From: Roseateles sp.
GTDB taxonomy: Bacteria; Pseudomonadota; Gammaproteobacteria; Burkholderiales; Burkholderiaceae_C
Direction of reading: 5' to 3'
DNA: 64,000 nt
NCBI GenBank assembly: GCA_015657635.1
Contig: JACDQM010000034.1
Span: forward strand, 9,925-73,924
Below, piece by piece: positions 44,450-60,037 of the stretch; the first letter of the stretch is position 1, and every line of letters starts with the position of its first letter. The notes under the pieces are model-generated. The model searched no databases. It saw nothing but the letters and a program-made list of their open reading frames with translations, and was not told the origin of the DNA. The translations under genes and the position numbers were made by a program.

Positions 44450-45298
44450 TCAGAATCCCGGCGGCGCCTGATCCGCAGCGCACTGCAGCCAGTTGCGCGC
44501 CGAATAGCGGCTGCCCGCATCCGTCACGTGCAGCGTAAAAGCGTGGCGTGACTGGGCCGAACGGTTGGCCGCGCTGTAATGCGGCAGCAGGCCGTGGAAC
44601 AACACCAGGGCGCCCGCCTCCACCTCCAGCGGCACCGCCAGCTCGGTCGTGCTGGGCCAGGGCGTGTCGTCCAGCGATTCCATCCAGGCTCGCCGGCCTT
44701 CCCGCACAAAGCGCTCGCGCAACACACCACGCGCGCCGCGATGCCCGCCGGGCTCGGCCCACAGGCAGCCGTTGTCGCGCGTCGCATCTTCCAGCGCAAA
44801 CCAGAAGGTCGTCACCGTGATCGGGTCGGTCTCGAAGAAACTGGCGTCCTGGTGCCAGCGCACCTCGCCGCCGATGCCGGGCTGCTTGAAGATGTACATC
44901 GACTGCCAGACCTGCGGCTGCTCCAGGCCCACGTCACGCGCCAGAGCGGCCAACTCTGGCCCGCTGGAGAAGGCACGGAACACCGGGTCCTGCGCATGCA
45001 TCGCATGGCCGATCTTGTTGATCGACAAGGCCTTGGCCTGGCGCAGCACGCCACGCTCATCGAAGGCTTCCTCCTCGAAGAAGCAGCGCATCTTGTCGCC
45101 GGAGTCGAGGAAGTAGTCGTCGACCTTGCGGTCCTGCTCCTGCGTGGAGAAAACCGCGCGCTGCTCACCGGGATCGAAGGCCTCGACCATCGCCTCGGCG
45201 CGCGCCCGCAGCGCAGCGATGGCGTCGGCCTTCTTGAAGCCTGGCAGCACCAGGAAACCTTGCTCGGCATAGGCCTGCTTCTGTGACTCGGTCAGCAT
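44450..45298 (-). CDS. phytanoyl-CoA dioxygenase (PhyH)-family Fe(II)/2-oxoglutarate oxygenase
   Basis: Internal ATG of track ORF 44450..45367 (MLTESQKQAYAEQGFLVLPGF). The HxD facial triad lies in VRWHQDASFF, with a distal His in LFHGLLPHYS and an Arg in SRHAFTLH. Confidence 0.75.
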   Translation of the reverse strand: MLTESQKQAYAEQGFLVLPGFKKADAIAALRARAEAMVEAFDPGEQRAVFSTQEQDRKVDDYFLDSGDKMRCFFEEEAFDERGVLRQAKALSINKIGHAMHAQDPVFRAFSSGPELAALARDVGLEQPQVWQSMYIFKQPGIGGEVRWHQDASFFETDPITVTTFWFALEDATRDNGCLWAEPGGHRGARGVLRERFVREGRRAWMESLDDTPWPSTTELAVPLEVEAGALVLFHGLLPHYSAANRSAQSRHAFTLHVTDAGSRYSARNWLQCAADQAPPGF

Positions 45299-45384
45299 GT
45301 TTCGGGAGCTCTGGGTGGGTTTGGCGCATTGTGTCATCGCCCCTGCACAGGCATGCTGGACGCTCATGACATCGGAGAGTTCCC

Positions 45385-45915
45385 ATGAAGATTCTCAAGA
45401 TTGCGACTGGCGCCGTGGTGGCGCTGGCGCTGCTGTTGGCACTCGGCGGCCTGCTGCTATCGCCAAAGTTCAGCGTCACCCGCACGGTGCAGATCCAGGC
45501 CCCGGCCGAGCAGGTCTACGCGCTGGTGGCCAATCCGCGGCACTGGAAGCTGTGGAGTGTCTGGAACCAGCGCGATCCCGCCATGCAGATCGAGTACAGC
45601 GGGCCGGAGTCGGGCGCGGGCGCCGCCTGGGCCTGGAAGAGCGCCAGCGAAGGTGACGGCAAGATGAGCTTCACCGCTGCAGAACCTGGCCAGTTGCTCG
45701 CTTACGACCTGTATTTCCCCGACTTCGGCACCACCTCGAAGGGTGAGTTGCGCATGAAGCCCAGCGGCCAGGGGACCGAAGTGGTCTGGAGCATGGATGG
45801 AGACATGGGCGCCAACCCGCTGTTCCGCTGGCTGGCGTTGTTCAGCGACCGCATGGTCGGGCCGGACTTCGAGGCCGGGCTGGCCAGGCTCAAGACCCTG
45901 GCTGAAAAGCGTTGA
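45385..45915 (+). CDS. SRPBCC (START/polyketide-cyclase-like) family protein with N-terminal membrane anchor
   Basis: 176 aa with a hydrophobic N-terminus. It reads FSVTRTVQIQAPAEQVYALVANPRHWKLWSVW... and ends in a helix, GPDFEAGLARLKTLAE. Confidence 0.65.
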   Translation: MKILKIATGAVVALALLLALGGLLLSPKFSVTRTVQIQAPAEQVYALVANPRHWKLWSVWNQRDPAMQIEYSGPESGAGAAWAWKSASEGDGKMSFTAAEPGQLLAYDLYFPDFGTTSKGELRMKPSGQGTEVVWSMDGDMGANPLFRWLALFSDRMVGPDFEAGLARLKTLAEKR

Positions 45916-46035
45916 AGGCCCGAGCGGCTGCCTGTTTTTCGGGCAAGCCAGCAATTCGTCAATGATGACGGGCACTTGGCGTCCCTGTCGAAGGCTTGCA
46001 CACCTGTTTATCCACAGCCGCTGGGGACAGCGGCC

Positions 46036-46944
46036 TCACTCGACCCCGAACAGCGCGGCGCCATTGCCCCAGGCGATGCGGCGGGCCTGCTCGGGCGGCA
46101 GATCGCCCAGCCAGGCGCGGGCCTCCTGCATCAGGCCTTCGTAGTACTGCCAGCGCTGATTGACCCAGGTGTCCGACCCGATCATGAAGCGCGTGCTGTG
46201 CTGCATCAGCAGCGCACGCCAGTCAGCGCTCAGGCGACCGCTGCCGTCAGTCAGGCCGGGCCGGTAGGACAACTCGCCCATCAGCGCCGGGTAACGCTGC
46301 AGCAGCGCGCGCACCCGCTCCACCGGCGTGCCACCGATGCCGGTGTGCGCCCAGACCAGGCGCGCCTGCGGCGCATGCGCCATCAGCTTGTCGATCGCGA
46401 CATCGTCGACATGGGCCAGCACCACCAGGCCCCGCTCAGCCGCCAGCTGCATCAGCTGGCGCGCCACCGGGCCATCCGCATTGGCGCTGTCATAGAGATG
46501 GAATTCGCCGATGCCGCGAAACGGGCCGGCGGGCGTGCCGCGCTTGAGTTCATCCAGCACCATCTGGTAGATGCTCGGATCGGCAAACCAGCTGTTGTAG
46601 TCGGCCCGGTTGCGATACAGGCGAATGAAGGGCACGACGCGCACACCGGCTGCCGCCGTGGCCTCGCGCGCTGCAGCCAAAGTCTGCGTGCCATCGTTGG
46701 GCCGGCTGTTGGCGACGATGGCGCGCACGCCGCTGCGCTGCATGCGGCCCAGCACGTCGGCCAAGGGGTGCGGCTGCTGGGCTTCCTCGTTGTAGTGCAG
46801 GTGCGCGTCGAACAAGGGCCCGACGTAGGCCGCCTGCTGTGCCCGCAGCGGCGACACCGCCAGCGCGAGCAGCAGGCACCCGAGCACCAAGCCAGTTCGC
46901 CGCAGACACCCAGGCAAGCGATCAGGCGGGCGGGCGATGTTCAT
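46036..46944 (-). CDS. secreted TIM-barrel metal-dependent hydrolase (amidohydrolase family)
   Basis: 302 aa with a signal peptide ([14 protein letters not shown]). The metal-binding motif is FDAHLHY, with later HVDD, WAHTG and GSDTW. Confidence 0.65.
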   Translation of the reverse strand: MNIARPPDRLPGCLRRTGLVLGCLLLALAVSPLRAQQAAYVGPLFDAHLHYNEEAQQPHPLADVLGRMQRSGVRAIVANSRPNDGTQTLAAAREATAAAGVRVVPFIRLYRNRADYNSWFADPSIYQMVLDELKRGTPAGPFRGIGEFHLYDSANADGPVARQLMQLAAERGLVVLAHVDDVAIDKLMAHAPQARLVWAHTGIGGTPVERVRALLQRYPALMGELSYRPGLTDGSGRLSADWRALLMQHSTRFMIGSDTWVNQRWQYYEGLMQEARAWLGDLPPEQARRIAWGNGAALFGVE

Positions 46945-47770
46945 GACTGGCGATCATACGGCTCACACGCGAGACCGACAGGCCCAGCTCCCGGGCCAGC
47001 GCCGTCATCGTGACGCCGCCCTGCGTGTGGGCCAGATACAGCGCCTCGCTGCGCGAGCGGTCCTCGCGCCGCCAGCTCGCCAGGCCCGTGCCAGCGGAGC
47101 GCAGCCGCGGCACAGCCGCGCCGCCCTGGGCCAGCATGCGGGCCGCAAAGGCTTCGTCACCCAGAAAGATCTGATGGCGCAGATGGACCCAGATGTCCAG
47201 ATCCGGCTCAGCCGCCAGCAGCCTTTCATAGCGCTCAGCCGCCCGGCGACGGTCGGCCGCGCCGCGCAACTCGCGGCCTAGTAGATGGCTGAGCAGCCCG
47301 TCCACATCGAGCCACGGCGGCGCCTCGGCCGCACCGACATGGGCACCCTGGCTGTGCCATGGCCAATCGGCGCCGCGACGCACCAGCTTCAAGCGCTGCG
47401 CGCTGAGGTCCACATAGCGGCAGGCATCCAGCAGCAAGGTCTCGCGGTCGACCAGGCTTGCCTTGAAGCGCCCCTGGAACACCGCGCCATGACGGCCATG
47501 GCGACGGTTGAAGGCCTGGGTATAGACACCGTTGAGGTGGCGCATCAGGCGTGACAGATTGGCCTGGCGCGTGAACAGCAGCAGCTGGTAGTGATCGTTC
47601 GCCAGGCTGAAGGCCAGGGCCTGGGCATCGAAGCGTCTGAGCGCCCGGCCCAGCAAATCAAGCATCAGCGCCCGGTCAATGTCGTCGACGAACACGCGGC
47701 TGCCCAGCGGCGACTGGGACGCCACATGGTAGACGGCGCCTGCGAATTCGATGCGTGGGGGTCTGGCCAT
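46922..47770 (-). CDS. IS200/IS605-type Y1 transposase-like protein (REP-associated tyrosine transposase-like) with C-terminal helix-turn-helix; probably domesticated
   Basis: Internal ATG of track ORF 46922..47860 ([19 protein letters not shown]...). The HUH-like motif is NDHYQLLL, followed by [32 protein letters not shown]. The C-terminal segment [23 protein letters not shown] is an HTH. I saw no flanking inverted repeats or REP arrays. Confidence 0.65.
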   Translation of the reverse strand: MARPPRIEFAGAVYHVASQSPLGSRVFVDDIDRALMLDLLGRALRRFDAQALAFSLANDHYQLLLFTRQANLSRLMRHLNGVYTQAFNRRHGRHGAVFQGRFKASLVDRETLLLDACRYVDLSAQRLKLVRRGADWPWHSQGAHVGAAEAPPWLDVDGLLSHLLGRELRGAADRRRAAERYERLLAAEPDLDIWVHLRHQIFLGDEAFAARMLAQGGAAVPRLRSAGTGLASWRREDRSRSEALYLAHTQGGVTMTALARELGLSVSRVSRMIASHEHRPPA

Positions 47771-47880
47771 GCAAAAAATTAGGCGATCCAGGCCCGAATG
47801 GCAAGGACTGACCCCAAGCGACCGCGTCCTGTCCATGAGGTACAAACCGGGCTCGCACAACTTCTGATGAAACGCCGCCT

Positions 47881-48804
47881 ATGGCCTCCAGCCTGCTTGC
47901 CCTGCTCGACGACATCACCACGGTGCTGGACGATGTCGCGGTGCTCAGCAAAGTCGCCGCCAAGAAGACCAGCGGGGTGCTGGGCGACGATCTGGCCCTC
48001 AATGCCCAGCAGGTCAGTGGCGTCAGTGCCGATCGGGAGTTGCCCGTTGTCTGGGCGGTCGCCAAGGGCTCGCTGCTGAACAAGGCCATCCTGGTTCCGG
48101 CAGCGCTGCTGATCAGCGCCATCGCACCCTGGGCCATCACGCCGCTGCTGATGCTGGGCGGCGCCTTCCTGTGCTTCGAGGGCTTCGAGAAGCTGGCGCA
48201 CAAGTTCCTGCATCGCGCCGAGCAGATCGAAGCTGAGCGCCAGGCGCTGAGCCAGGCGGTTGCGGACCCGGCGGTCGATCTGGTCGCCTTCGAGCGCGAC
48301 AAGATCCGCGGCGCCGTGCGCACCGACTTCATCCTGTCGGCCGAGATCATTGCGATCACCTTGGGCACCGTGGCCGACAGCAACTTCATGACCCGCCTGC
48401 TCGTGCTGTCCGGCATGGCCCTGGTGATGACGGTCGGCGTCTACGGCTTCGTCGCCGGCATCGTCAAGCTTGATGACCTGGGCCTGTACTTGAGCCGCCA
48501 GCGCAGCGCGCTGCAGCAGCGCATCGGCCGCGCCGTGCTGGCGGCTGCACCCTGGTTGATGAAGGCGCTTTCAGTGCTCGGCACCGCGGCGATGTTCCTG
48601 GTCGGCGGCGGCATCCTGACGCATGGCCTGCCCATGCTTCACGAGCTCATCGTCCAGCTGAGCGCCGGCATCGGCACGGGCCTGCTGAAGGACCTGTTCG
48701 CGCTGCTGGCCGACGCCGTCACCGGCATCGTGGCGGGTGCGCTGTGTCTGCTTGGGGTCAAGGCCGTCACCAAGCTCTGGCGCCTGGCCAAGCCGGCCTC
48801 CTGA
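47881..48804 (+). CDS. DUF808 (YedI-like) inner-membrane protein
   Basis: 307 aa, MASSLLALLDDITTVLDDVAVLSKVAAKKTSGVLGDDLALNAQQV..., followed by several TM helices. Confidence 0.75.
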   Translation: MASSLLALLDDITTVLDDVAVLSKVAAKKTSGVLGDDLALNAQQVSGVSADRELPVVWAVAKGSLLNKAILVPAALLISAIAPWAITPLLMLGGAFLCFEGFEKLAHKFLHRAEQIEAERQALSQAVADPAVDLVAFERDKIRGAVRTDFILSAEIIAITLGTVADSNFMTRLLVLSGMALVMTVGVYGFVAGIVKLDDLGLYLSRQRSALQQRIGRAVLAAAPWLMKALSVLGTAAMFLVGGGILTHGLPMLHELIVQLSAGIGTGLLKDLFALLADAVTGIVAGALCLLGVKAVTKLWRLAKPAS

Positions 48805-49722
<918 letters not shown>

Positions 49723-49790
49723 TGATTCTTGGCCTAGCCATCCTACCCACGCCGCCCGCCTGCTACGCTTGCTTCTTTGCACGTCAGACC

Positions 49791-50033
49791 ATGAAGACCC
49801 ACCAGATCGAGATCCAGAAGTTCAAGGCCGCCGCCAACTCGCCGCATGGCGAGGTGATGTTCAAGGTCGATGTGCTCGCCAGCGCCCGAGCGGCGTCGCC
49901 CGACGACGTGTCGCCCAGCTCCTTGCTCATCATGAACGAGGCCAATGCCCGCGTGCTGATGGTCCTGCTGAAGAAGCAGCTGGCCGAGTTCGACGCCAAG
50001 AAACCCAAGAGCCGCCACGGCCGCCCCGGCTGA
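49791..50033 (+). CDS. small hypothetical protein (80 aa)
   Basis: Internal ATG of track ORF 49722..50033. It reads MKTHQIEIQKFKAAANSPHGEVMFKVDV...LLKKQLAEFDAKKPKSRHGRPG. I do not recognise a family. Confidence 0.4.
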   Translation: MKTHQIEIQKFKAAANSPHGEVMFKVDVLASARAASPDDVSPSSLLIMNEANARVLMVLLKKQLAEFDAKKPKSRHGRPG

Positions 50034-50059
50034 GTAACCAGCACACCGAACCCAAGACC

Positions 50060-50676
50060 ATGGAATATCCCAGCTACAACCCCGGCTCCGACAACCTGCC
50101 GCTCTCTGACGAAGAGCTGGAGGGTCTGGACCGGCAGCTGAACGCCTTGCCAGGCGACGCTGCAATGAACATCGAAGCGCTCGACGGCTACCTGACCGGT
50201 CTGCTGCTGAGCCCTCGCCCCCTGGCCGAACGGCCGGCCGCGACTGGCTGCCCGCTGTGTGGGGCGACGACGGCGATGACGGCGCGCCCTTCACCAGTGG
50301 CAAGCAGCGCAAGAAGCTGGTGCTGCTGGTGCTGCGCCATCTGCACAGCATTGCCTGCCTGCTGCGCGACCGGCCCGATGGCTGGCAGCCGATCTTCAGC
50401 ATCGCTGAACAGGCCGACGGCGAAGAGCTGACCGATGCGGAAGACTGGTGCATCGGCTTCATGCAGGCTGCCGATCTGGACAGCGAGGGCTGGGCGCCTC
50501 GCTTCGAGGACCCGGTGCTGGCTGAAGTCCTGAAGCCCATCGTGAGCCTGGGGGGCGATGAAAGCCTGCTCGATGACGAGGCCCGCGAACAACTCGCCGA
50601 CATCGTCGCCCGCGACGGGCTGAGCCGCAGCGTGCCGGACGCCGTTCTGGCCTTGTGGGGCACAAGGCTGCACTGA
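50060..50676 (+). pseudogene. UPF0149 (YgfB/YecA N-terminal-like) family protein with one apparent frame break near 50230-50242
   Basis: Frame 2 reads MEYPSYNPGSDNLPLSDEELEGLDRQLNALPGDAAMNIEALDGYLTGLLLSPRPLAERP and then turns to Cys/Ala junk. Frame 1 continues DWLPAVWGDDGDDGAPFTSGKQRKKLVLLVLRHLHSI...AEDWCIGFMQA... to the stop at 50676. Confidence 0.7.
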
Positions 50677-50682
50677 GCCGCG

Positions 50683-50801
50683 GGATGGTTCCGGACGAGA
50701 GCCCTCACGCGAGCCGGCCCAGGCGGAAGCCGGCCGCTGCACAGGGCTCTTTGCGTCCACTCAGGGCCAGCCCCTAGCACAGAAGCAGGACGGAACCATC
50801 C
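50683..50801. repeat. nested inverted repeats (11-bp outer, 8-bp and 6-bp inner arms) in the intergenic region after the UPF0149 gene
   Basis: ggatggttccg (50683-50693) pairs with cggaaccatcc (50791-50801). agagccct (50698-50705) pairs with agggctct (50743-50750). An inner pair is gccggc...gccggc. Confidence 0.6.
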
Positions 50802-50859
50802 ATTCCAGTTACTATTGGCGCGCAATTCTGGTGTCAGCGTCGCCTGCACCCGATCCGCC

Positions 50860-51171
50860 ATGATCGCCAAAATTTTTGCCAGCTTCGGCCTGTTGATCTG
50901 CCTCGCGCTGGCCCTGCACATGTGCCTGGGTCGGCGTCAGCAATTGAAGCTTGAAGAACAGGCGAGCCGGATCATGGCTTGGTTTGTCTCCGTGACAAGC
51001 CGTCGCCTCGACCGTCGTGAGCGTCGGCTGGCTGCCCATCAGGCGGCCATGGACGCCATCAAGCGGGCCCAGCGCTCCAGTCATACGGAGCCCGCCCCGC
51101 TGGACGGAAGCTGGGAGGGCAATGTCTACCGGCCCAAGCGCTTCGAGCAGCCACCGCAGAAGCCGCATTGA
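50860..51171 (+). CDS. small membrane-anchored hypothetical protein (103 aa)
   Basis: Internal ATG of track ORF 50815..51171. The sequence is MIAKIFASFGLLICLALALHM followed by an Arg/Gln-rich tail. Confidence 0.4.
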   Translation: MIAKIFASFGLLICLALALHMCLGRRQQLKLEEQASRIMAWFVSVTSRRLDRRERRLAAHQAAMDAIKRAQRSSHTEPAPLDGSWEGNVYRPKRFEQPPQKPH

Positions 51172-51197
51172 GCGCGCCCCATCCGGGCCTGCTTTTT

Positions 51198-52028
51198 TCA
51201 AACCACCAGCGCAGAATCGATGGCCTGCAGCGCCGCCAAGGCGCCCATGGCCAAGCCCAGATCGTCACTCAGGGGCACCGCTGACTCACGCGGATTGATG
51301 CGCAGCAGGCGCCCGCCGCACTCGCTGACCACGCCCTGGCCGAAGTGGCGCACCGACGGCACGGTCGTACCCGCGCCCAGCTCGATGAACAGCGGCTTGC
51401 GCGCCCGCCCCAGCCGCTGCAGCAGCGACTGCGCCTGCGCCTGCATACGCGCCTCGACCCAAGCGCCGTCACTGAACATCAGCACATTGGGCCGCGCCAG
51501 CGCGCCGCAGTGCGGACAGCGGGGCAGCTCGTTCAACAGCGCGCAGCGCGGCTCGTCGATCTCGGGCTCGAACCCGTCGGCAGGCCAGACCGCCTCGCTG
51601 CAGGGCCGCGTGCACTGCAGATGCATCAGCGAGCCATGGCACTCCCAGATCGCGCCATCGTCAAAACCGGCGCGCTGAAACTGCCCATCCACATTGCTGG
51701 TGTAGACCAGGGCACCCAACGCGCTGCGCGCACCCCAGCGGGCCAGAATCTCGAAGCCGGCATGGGGTCGCGTCTTGCGGTACAGGTTCAGGCGGTGGCC
51801 GTAGAAGCCCCAGGCCTCGCGCGGCGCCTCGGCAAAGCGGCGCGGATTGGCCGCCGCGTAGAAGTCGATGCCCGCCTTCGCCAGCGCCGGATAGGCGCGC
51901 CAGAAGCCCTCGCCGCCACGGAAGTCCGGCAGGCCCGAGTCCACACCCATGCCCGCGCCGGCGCCGATCACCAGCAGGTCGGCCTGCTCGATCAGTTCGA
52001 GCGCATGCTGCAGCTGAGCCTCGTCCAT
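51198..52028 (-). CDS. Sir2-family NAD-dependent deacylase/ADP-ribosyltransferase (sirtuin)
   Basis: Internal ATG of track ORF 51198..52133 (MDEAQLQHALELIEQADLLVIGAGAGMGVDSGLPDFRG). Further motifs are YTSNVDGQFQRAG, the catalytic His in WECHGS, and zinc cysteines CTRPC...CPHCG. The start lies 7 nt after the stop of the UvrA-like gene. Confidence 0.85.
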   Translation of the reverse strand: MDEAQLQHALELIEQADLLVIGAGAGMGVDSGLPDFRGGEGFWRAYPALAKAGIDFYAAANPRRFAEAPREAWGFYGHRLNLYRKTRPHAGFEILARWGARSALGALVYTSNVDGQFQRAGFDDGAIWECHGSLMHLQCTRPCSEAVWPADGFEPEIDEPRCALLNELPRCPHCGALARPNVLMFSDGAWVEARMQAQAQSLLQRLGRARKPLFIELGAGTTVPSVRHFGQGVVSECGGRLLRINPRESAVPLSDDLGLAMGALAALQAIDSALVV

Positions 52029-52035
52029 GGTGGGG

Positions 52036-57684
<5,649 letters not shown>

Positions 57685-58047
57685 GGGGGACACACCTTCT
57701 CTGGCAGGGAGCACGGATTCTAGAGAGGCGCCGTGTCAAAGACTGTCAGTAGCACCGTTTGCGGCTGTCAATGCCCGCCGAGGAGGGGACGAGCAAGCAT
57801 TGCGCTCCGCAACGCGACAGGCAACAATTGACCCCAGATCGGCATCTCCTCCCAAAACTCTGTTTCAACACAGGGCTTTTGCGCTGATCGCCTGAGAGAC
57901 GGGAAGGCTGACAAGCCACCAGGTCAGCAGGGATGGGCTGAGAACAGCGTGCACGAACGCAGCTCAGCCCAGGTCGACAGCTGTCCTGCATGCACAGGCG
58001 CGCGACACGGGAATCAGCGCTAGGTTTGGTGAAGTCAAGGCATTCAT

Positions 58048-58554
58048 ATGAATTCTGCAAGTCACGATATCCGTCAGCCAGCTTTGTCGGTGCAGAAAGG
58101 CCATCCGGGTTCCGGCGCGCCGGGCGCCGATGCGCTCGGCGGCACGCAGCCGGATGCCAGCGGCCGCAAGCCCGTCGTGTTGCTGGTGGAAGACAACCAC
58201 ATCAATCAAGTCGTCGCCCTGGAGTTCCTGGCCTTGATGGGCGTGGACAGCCGGCTGGCCAAGAACGGGCTCGAAGCCTTGGCTGCCTGCCAGGAAGCTG
58301 CCCCTGATCTGGTTTTGATGGACATCCAGATGCCCGGCATGGACGGGCTCGAATGCGCGCGCCGCATGCGCCAGCTGCAGAGCGAAGGCACGCTGCCGCC
58401 CTTCCCCATCCTGGCCCTGACCGCCCACGCGCTGGAGAGCGATATCGTCGCCAGCTCCGACGCCGGCATGGACGAGCACCTGACCAAGCCGCTGGACTTT
58501 GCGGCCTTGCGTGGCCGGCTCGATTGCTGGCTCAAGCTGCCGGGCGTGAACTAG
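58048..58554 (+). CDS. single-domain response regulator (REC only) with ~38-aa N-terminal extension
   Basis: 168 aa with VLLVEDNHINQVVA, the phospho-acceptor region LVLMDIQMPGMDG, and LTAHA...KP. Confidence 0.8.
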   Translation: MNSASHDIRQPALSVQKGHPGSGAPGADALGGTQPDASGRKPVVLLVEDNHINQVVALEFLALMGVDSRLAKNGLEALAACQEAAPDLVLMDIQMPGMDGLECARRMRQLQSEGTLPPFPILALTAHALESDIVASSDAGMDEHLTKPLDFAALRGRLDCWLKLPGVN

Positions 58555-58650
58555 GGCCTGCTGACACGACGCCAACAGGCTCCAAAGCGACGAACGCTGC
58601 GCGAATCGCACGGCTGCGGGACTACCCGCATGTGAAACCGTTGGCGCGGG

Positions 58651-59985
58651 TTGGAACATAGCTGGCCCAGATCGCCTATGTTCGACGAACTCCGCCAAGC
58701 CTCCGAACGACGCCAGTTGCTGCGCCAGTTGCGCCGCGTGCTGCTGGCCGCCCGGCGTCTGCTGTCTGAGCGCGGCGAAGCCAATAGCGTCCACCTGGCC
58801 GGCGAGCTGATCGGCCTGATCGACGCGCTGCCGGCCGAAGGCCTGCAGCTGCTGTTCGAGCACCTGGCGCTGGACTTCAACCCCGATCCGCAGGCCGTGC
58901 TGGCCGCGGCGCAGGCCTATGCCGACACACCCGGGGCGGCCCAGTTGCAGGCGCTGCTGCGCGCCAGCGAGCCGCCGCGGCAGGAGCTGTTCCGCCGCCT
59001 GAACCGCACCCCCGGCGCCACCGGCGTGCTGGTGCGCCTGCGGCGCAGCCTGCTGGCCGGCCTGGCCCAGCATCCGCACTGGCACAGCGTCGAGGCTGAC
59101 CTGCTGCACCTGTTCGGCTCCTGGTTCAACCCGGGTTTCTTGCAGATGCGCCAGGTCGACTGGAATTCGCCCGCCCAGCTGCTGGAGAAGATCATTCGCC
59201 ACGAGGCCGTGCATGCGATTGACGGCTGGGACGATCTGCGCCGGCGCCTGCAGCCGGACCGCCGCCTGTTCGCCTTCTTCCACCCGCAACTGCCCGAGGA
59301 GCCGCTGATCTTTGTCGAGGTCGCGCTGGCGGACCAGATGCCTGCCGCCATCGCGCCCCTGATCGACAAGCAGGCACCGGTGGCCGCGGCTGAGCGCTCC
59401 AGGGTGGCGGCCTTCTACTCGATCAGCAATTGCGAACCCGGCTTGAAGGGCGTCTCGCTGGGCAACTTCCTGATCAAGCGCGTGGCCGAGCAGCTGCAGC
59501 GCGAGCTGCCGCGGCTCAAGACCTTCTGCACGCTGTCGCCGATTCCCGGTTTCGCCGCCTGGCTGCAATCCAGCCCGGCGCTGGACGAGAGCCTGGGCCT
59601 GAAGAAACCGGCGCTGGAGCGCGCCCGTCAGGCCTTGCAGACCCTGCTGGAGGCCAGCCAGGGCGATCTCGGCCGGCTCAGCCAGAGCGCGGGCCTTGCC
59701 AAACTGGACGATCAGACCCGCGAGTCCCTGCAACGCCTGTGCGCCGTCTACCTGGTCGCCCAGACGCCCCGGCCCGGCGGCGATCCGGTGGCGCGCTTCC
59801 ATCTGGACAACGGGGCCCGGCTTGAGCGCCTCAATCTCGACGGCAACCCCAGCGGCAAGGGCTTGCGCCAGAGCTGCGGCATGATGGTCAACTACCTCTA
59901 CGATCTCGACCGCATCGAGACGCACCATGAGGCTTTCATCGCCGGCGAAGTCGCCTGCTCGCGCGCCGTCACCGCTCTGCTTTGA
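58651..59985 (+). CDS. malonyl-CoA decarboxylase
   Basis: The track start at 58651 is TTG and the first ATG is at 58678 (MFDELRQ). MCD-family block: FYSISNCEPGLKGVSLGNFLIKRVAEQLQRELPRLKTFCTLSPIPGF...RFHLDNGARLERLN. Confidence 0.85.
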   Translation: MEHSWPRSPMFDELRQASERRQLLRQLRRVLLAARRLLSERGEANSVHLAGELIGLIDALPAEGLQLLFEHLALDFNPDPQAVLAAAQAYADTPGAAQLQALLRASEPPRQELFRRLNRTPGATGVLVRLRRSLLAGLAQHPHWHSVEADLLHLFGSWFNPGFLQMRQVDWNSPAQLLEKIIRHEAVHAIDGWDDLRRRLQPDRRLFAFFHPQLPEEPLIFVEVALADQMPAAIAPLIDKQAPVAAAERSRVAAFYSISNCEPGLKGVSLGNFLIKRVAEQLQRELPRLKTFCTLSPIPGFAAWLQSSPALDESLGLKKPALERARQALQTLLEASQGDLGRLSQSAGLAKLDDQTRESLQRLCAVYLVAQTPRPGGDPVARFHLDNGARLERLNLDGNPSGKGLRQSCGMMVNYLYDLDRIETHHEAFIAGEVACSRAVTALL

Positions 59986-60037
59986 ACCTTCTCAATACAA
60001 CAGGCCGGACACCGGCCCTCACTGGAGACAAACCAAG

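Noticed and set aside
46922-47770. Calling the Y1-transposase-like gene an insertion sequence or mobile element
   Set aside because: I saw no terminal hairpins, inverted repeats, target duplications or accessory tnpB. It also overlaps its downstream neighbour. I treat it as a possibly domesticated gene instead.
51198-52028. The sirtuin as an anti-phage SIR2 effector (Thoeris, DSR, SIR2-HerA or pAgo-associated type)
   Set aside because: It has the full canonical sirtuin motif set, including the zinc ribbon, and is only 276 aa. No TIR, HerA, Argonaute, STAND or other defence partner is nearby. The flanking genes are ordinary chromosomal genes.
57981-57997. Possible LexA/SOS box (CTGT...ACAG) upstream of the UvrA-like gene or the REC gene
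   Set aside because: The spacing is CTGT-N9-ACAG rather than the N8 of proteobacterial LexA boxes. A second candidate, CTGTttcaacACAG, has N6. Neither fits, so I make no SOS-box call.
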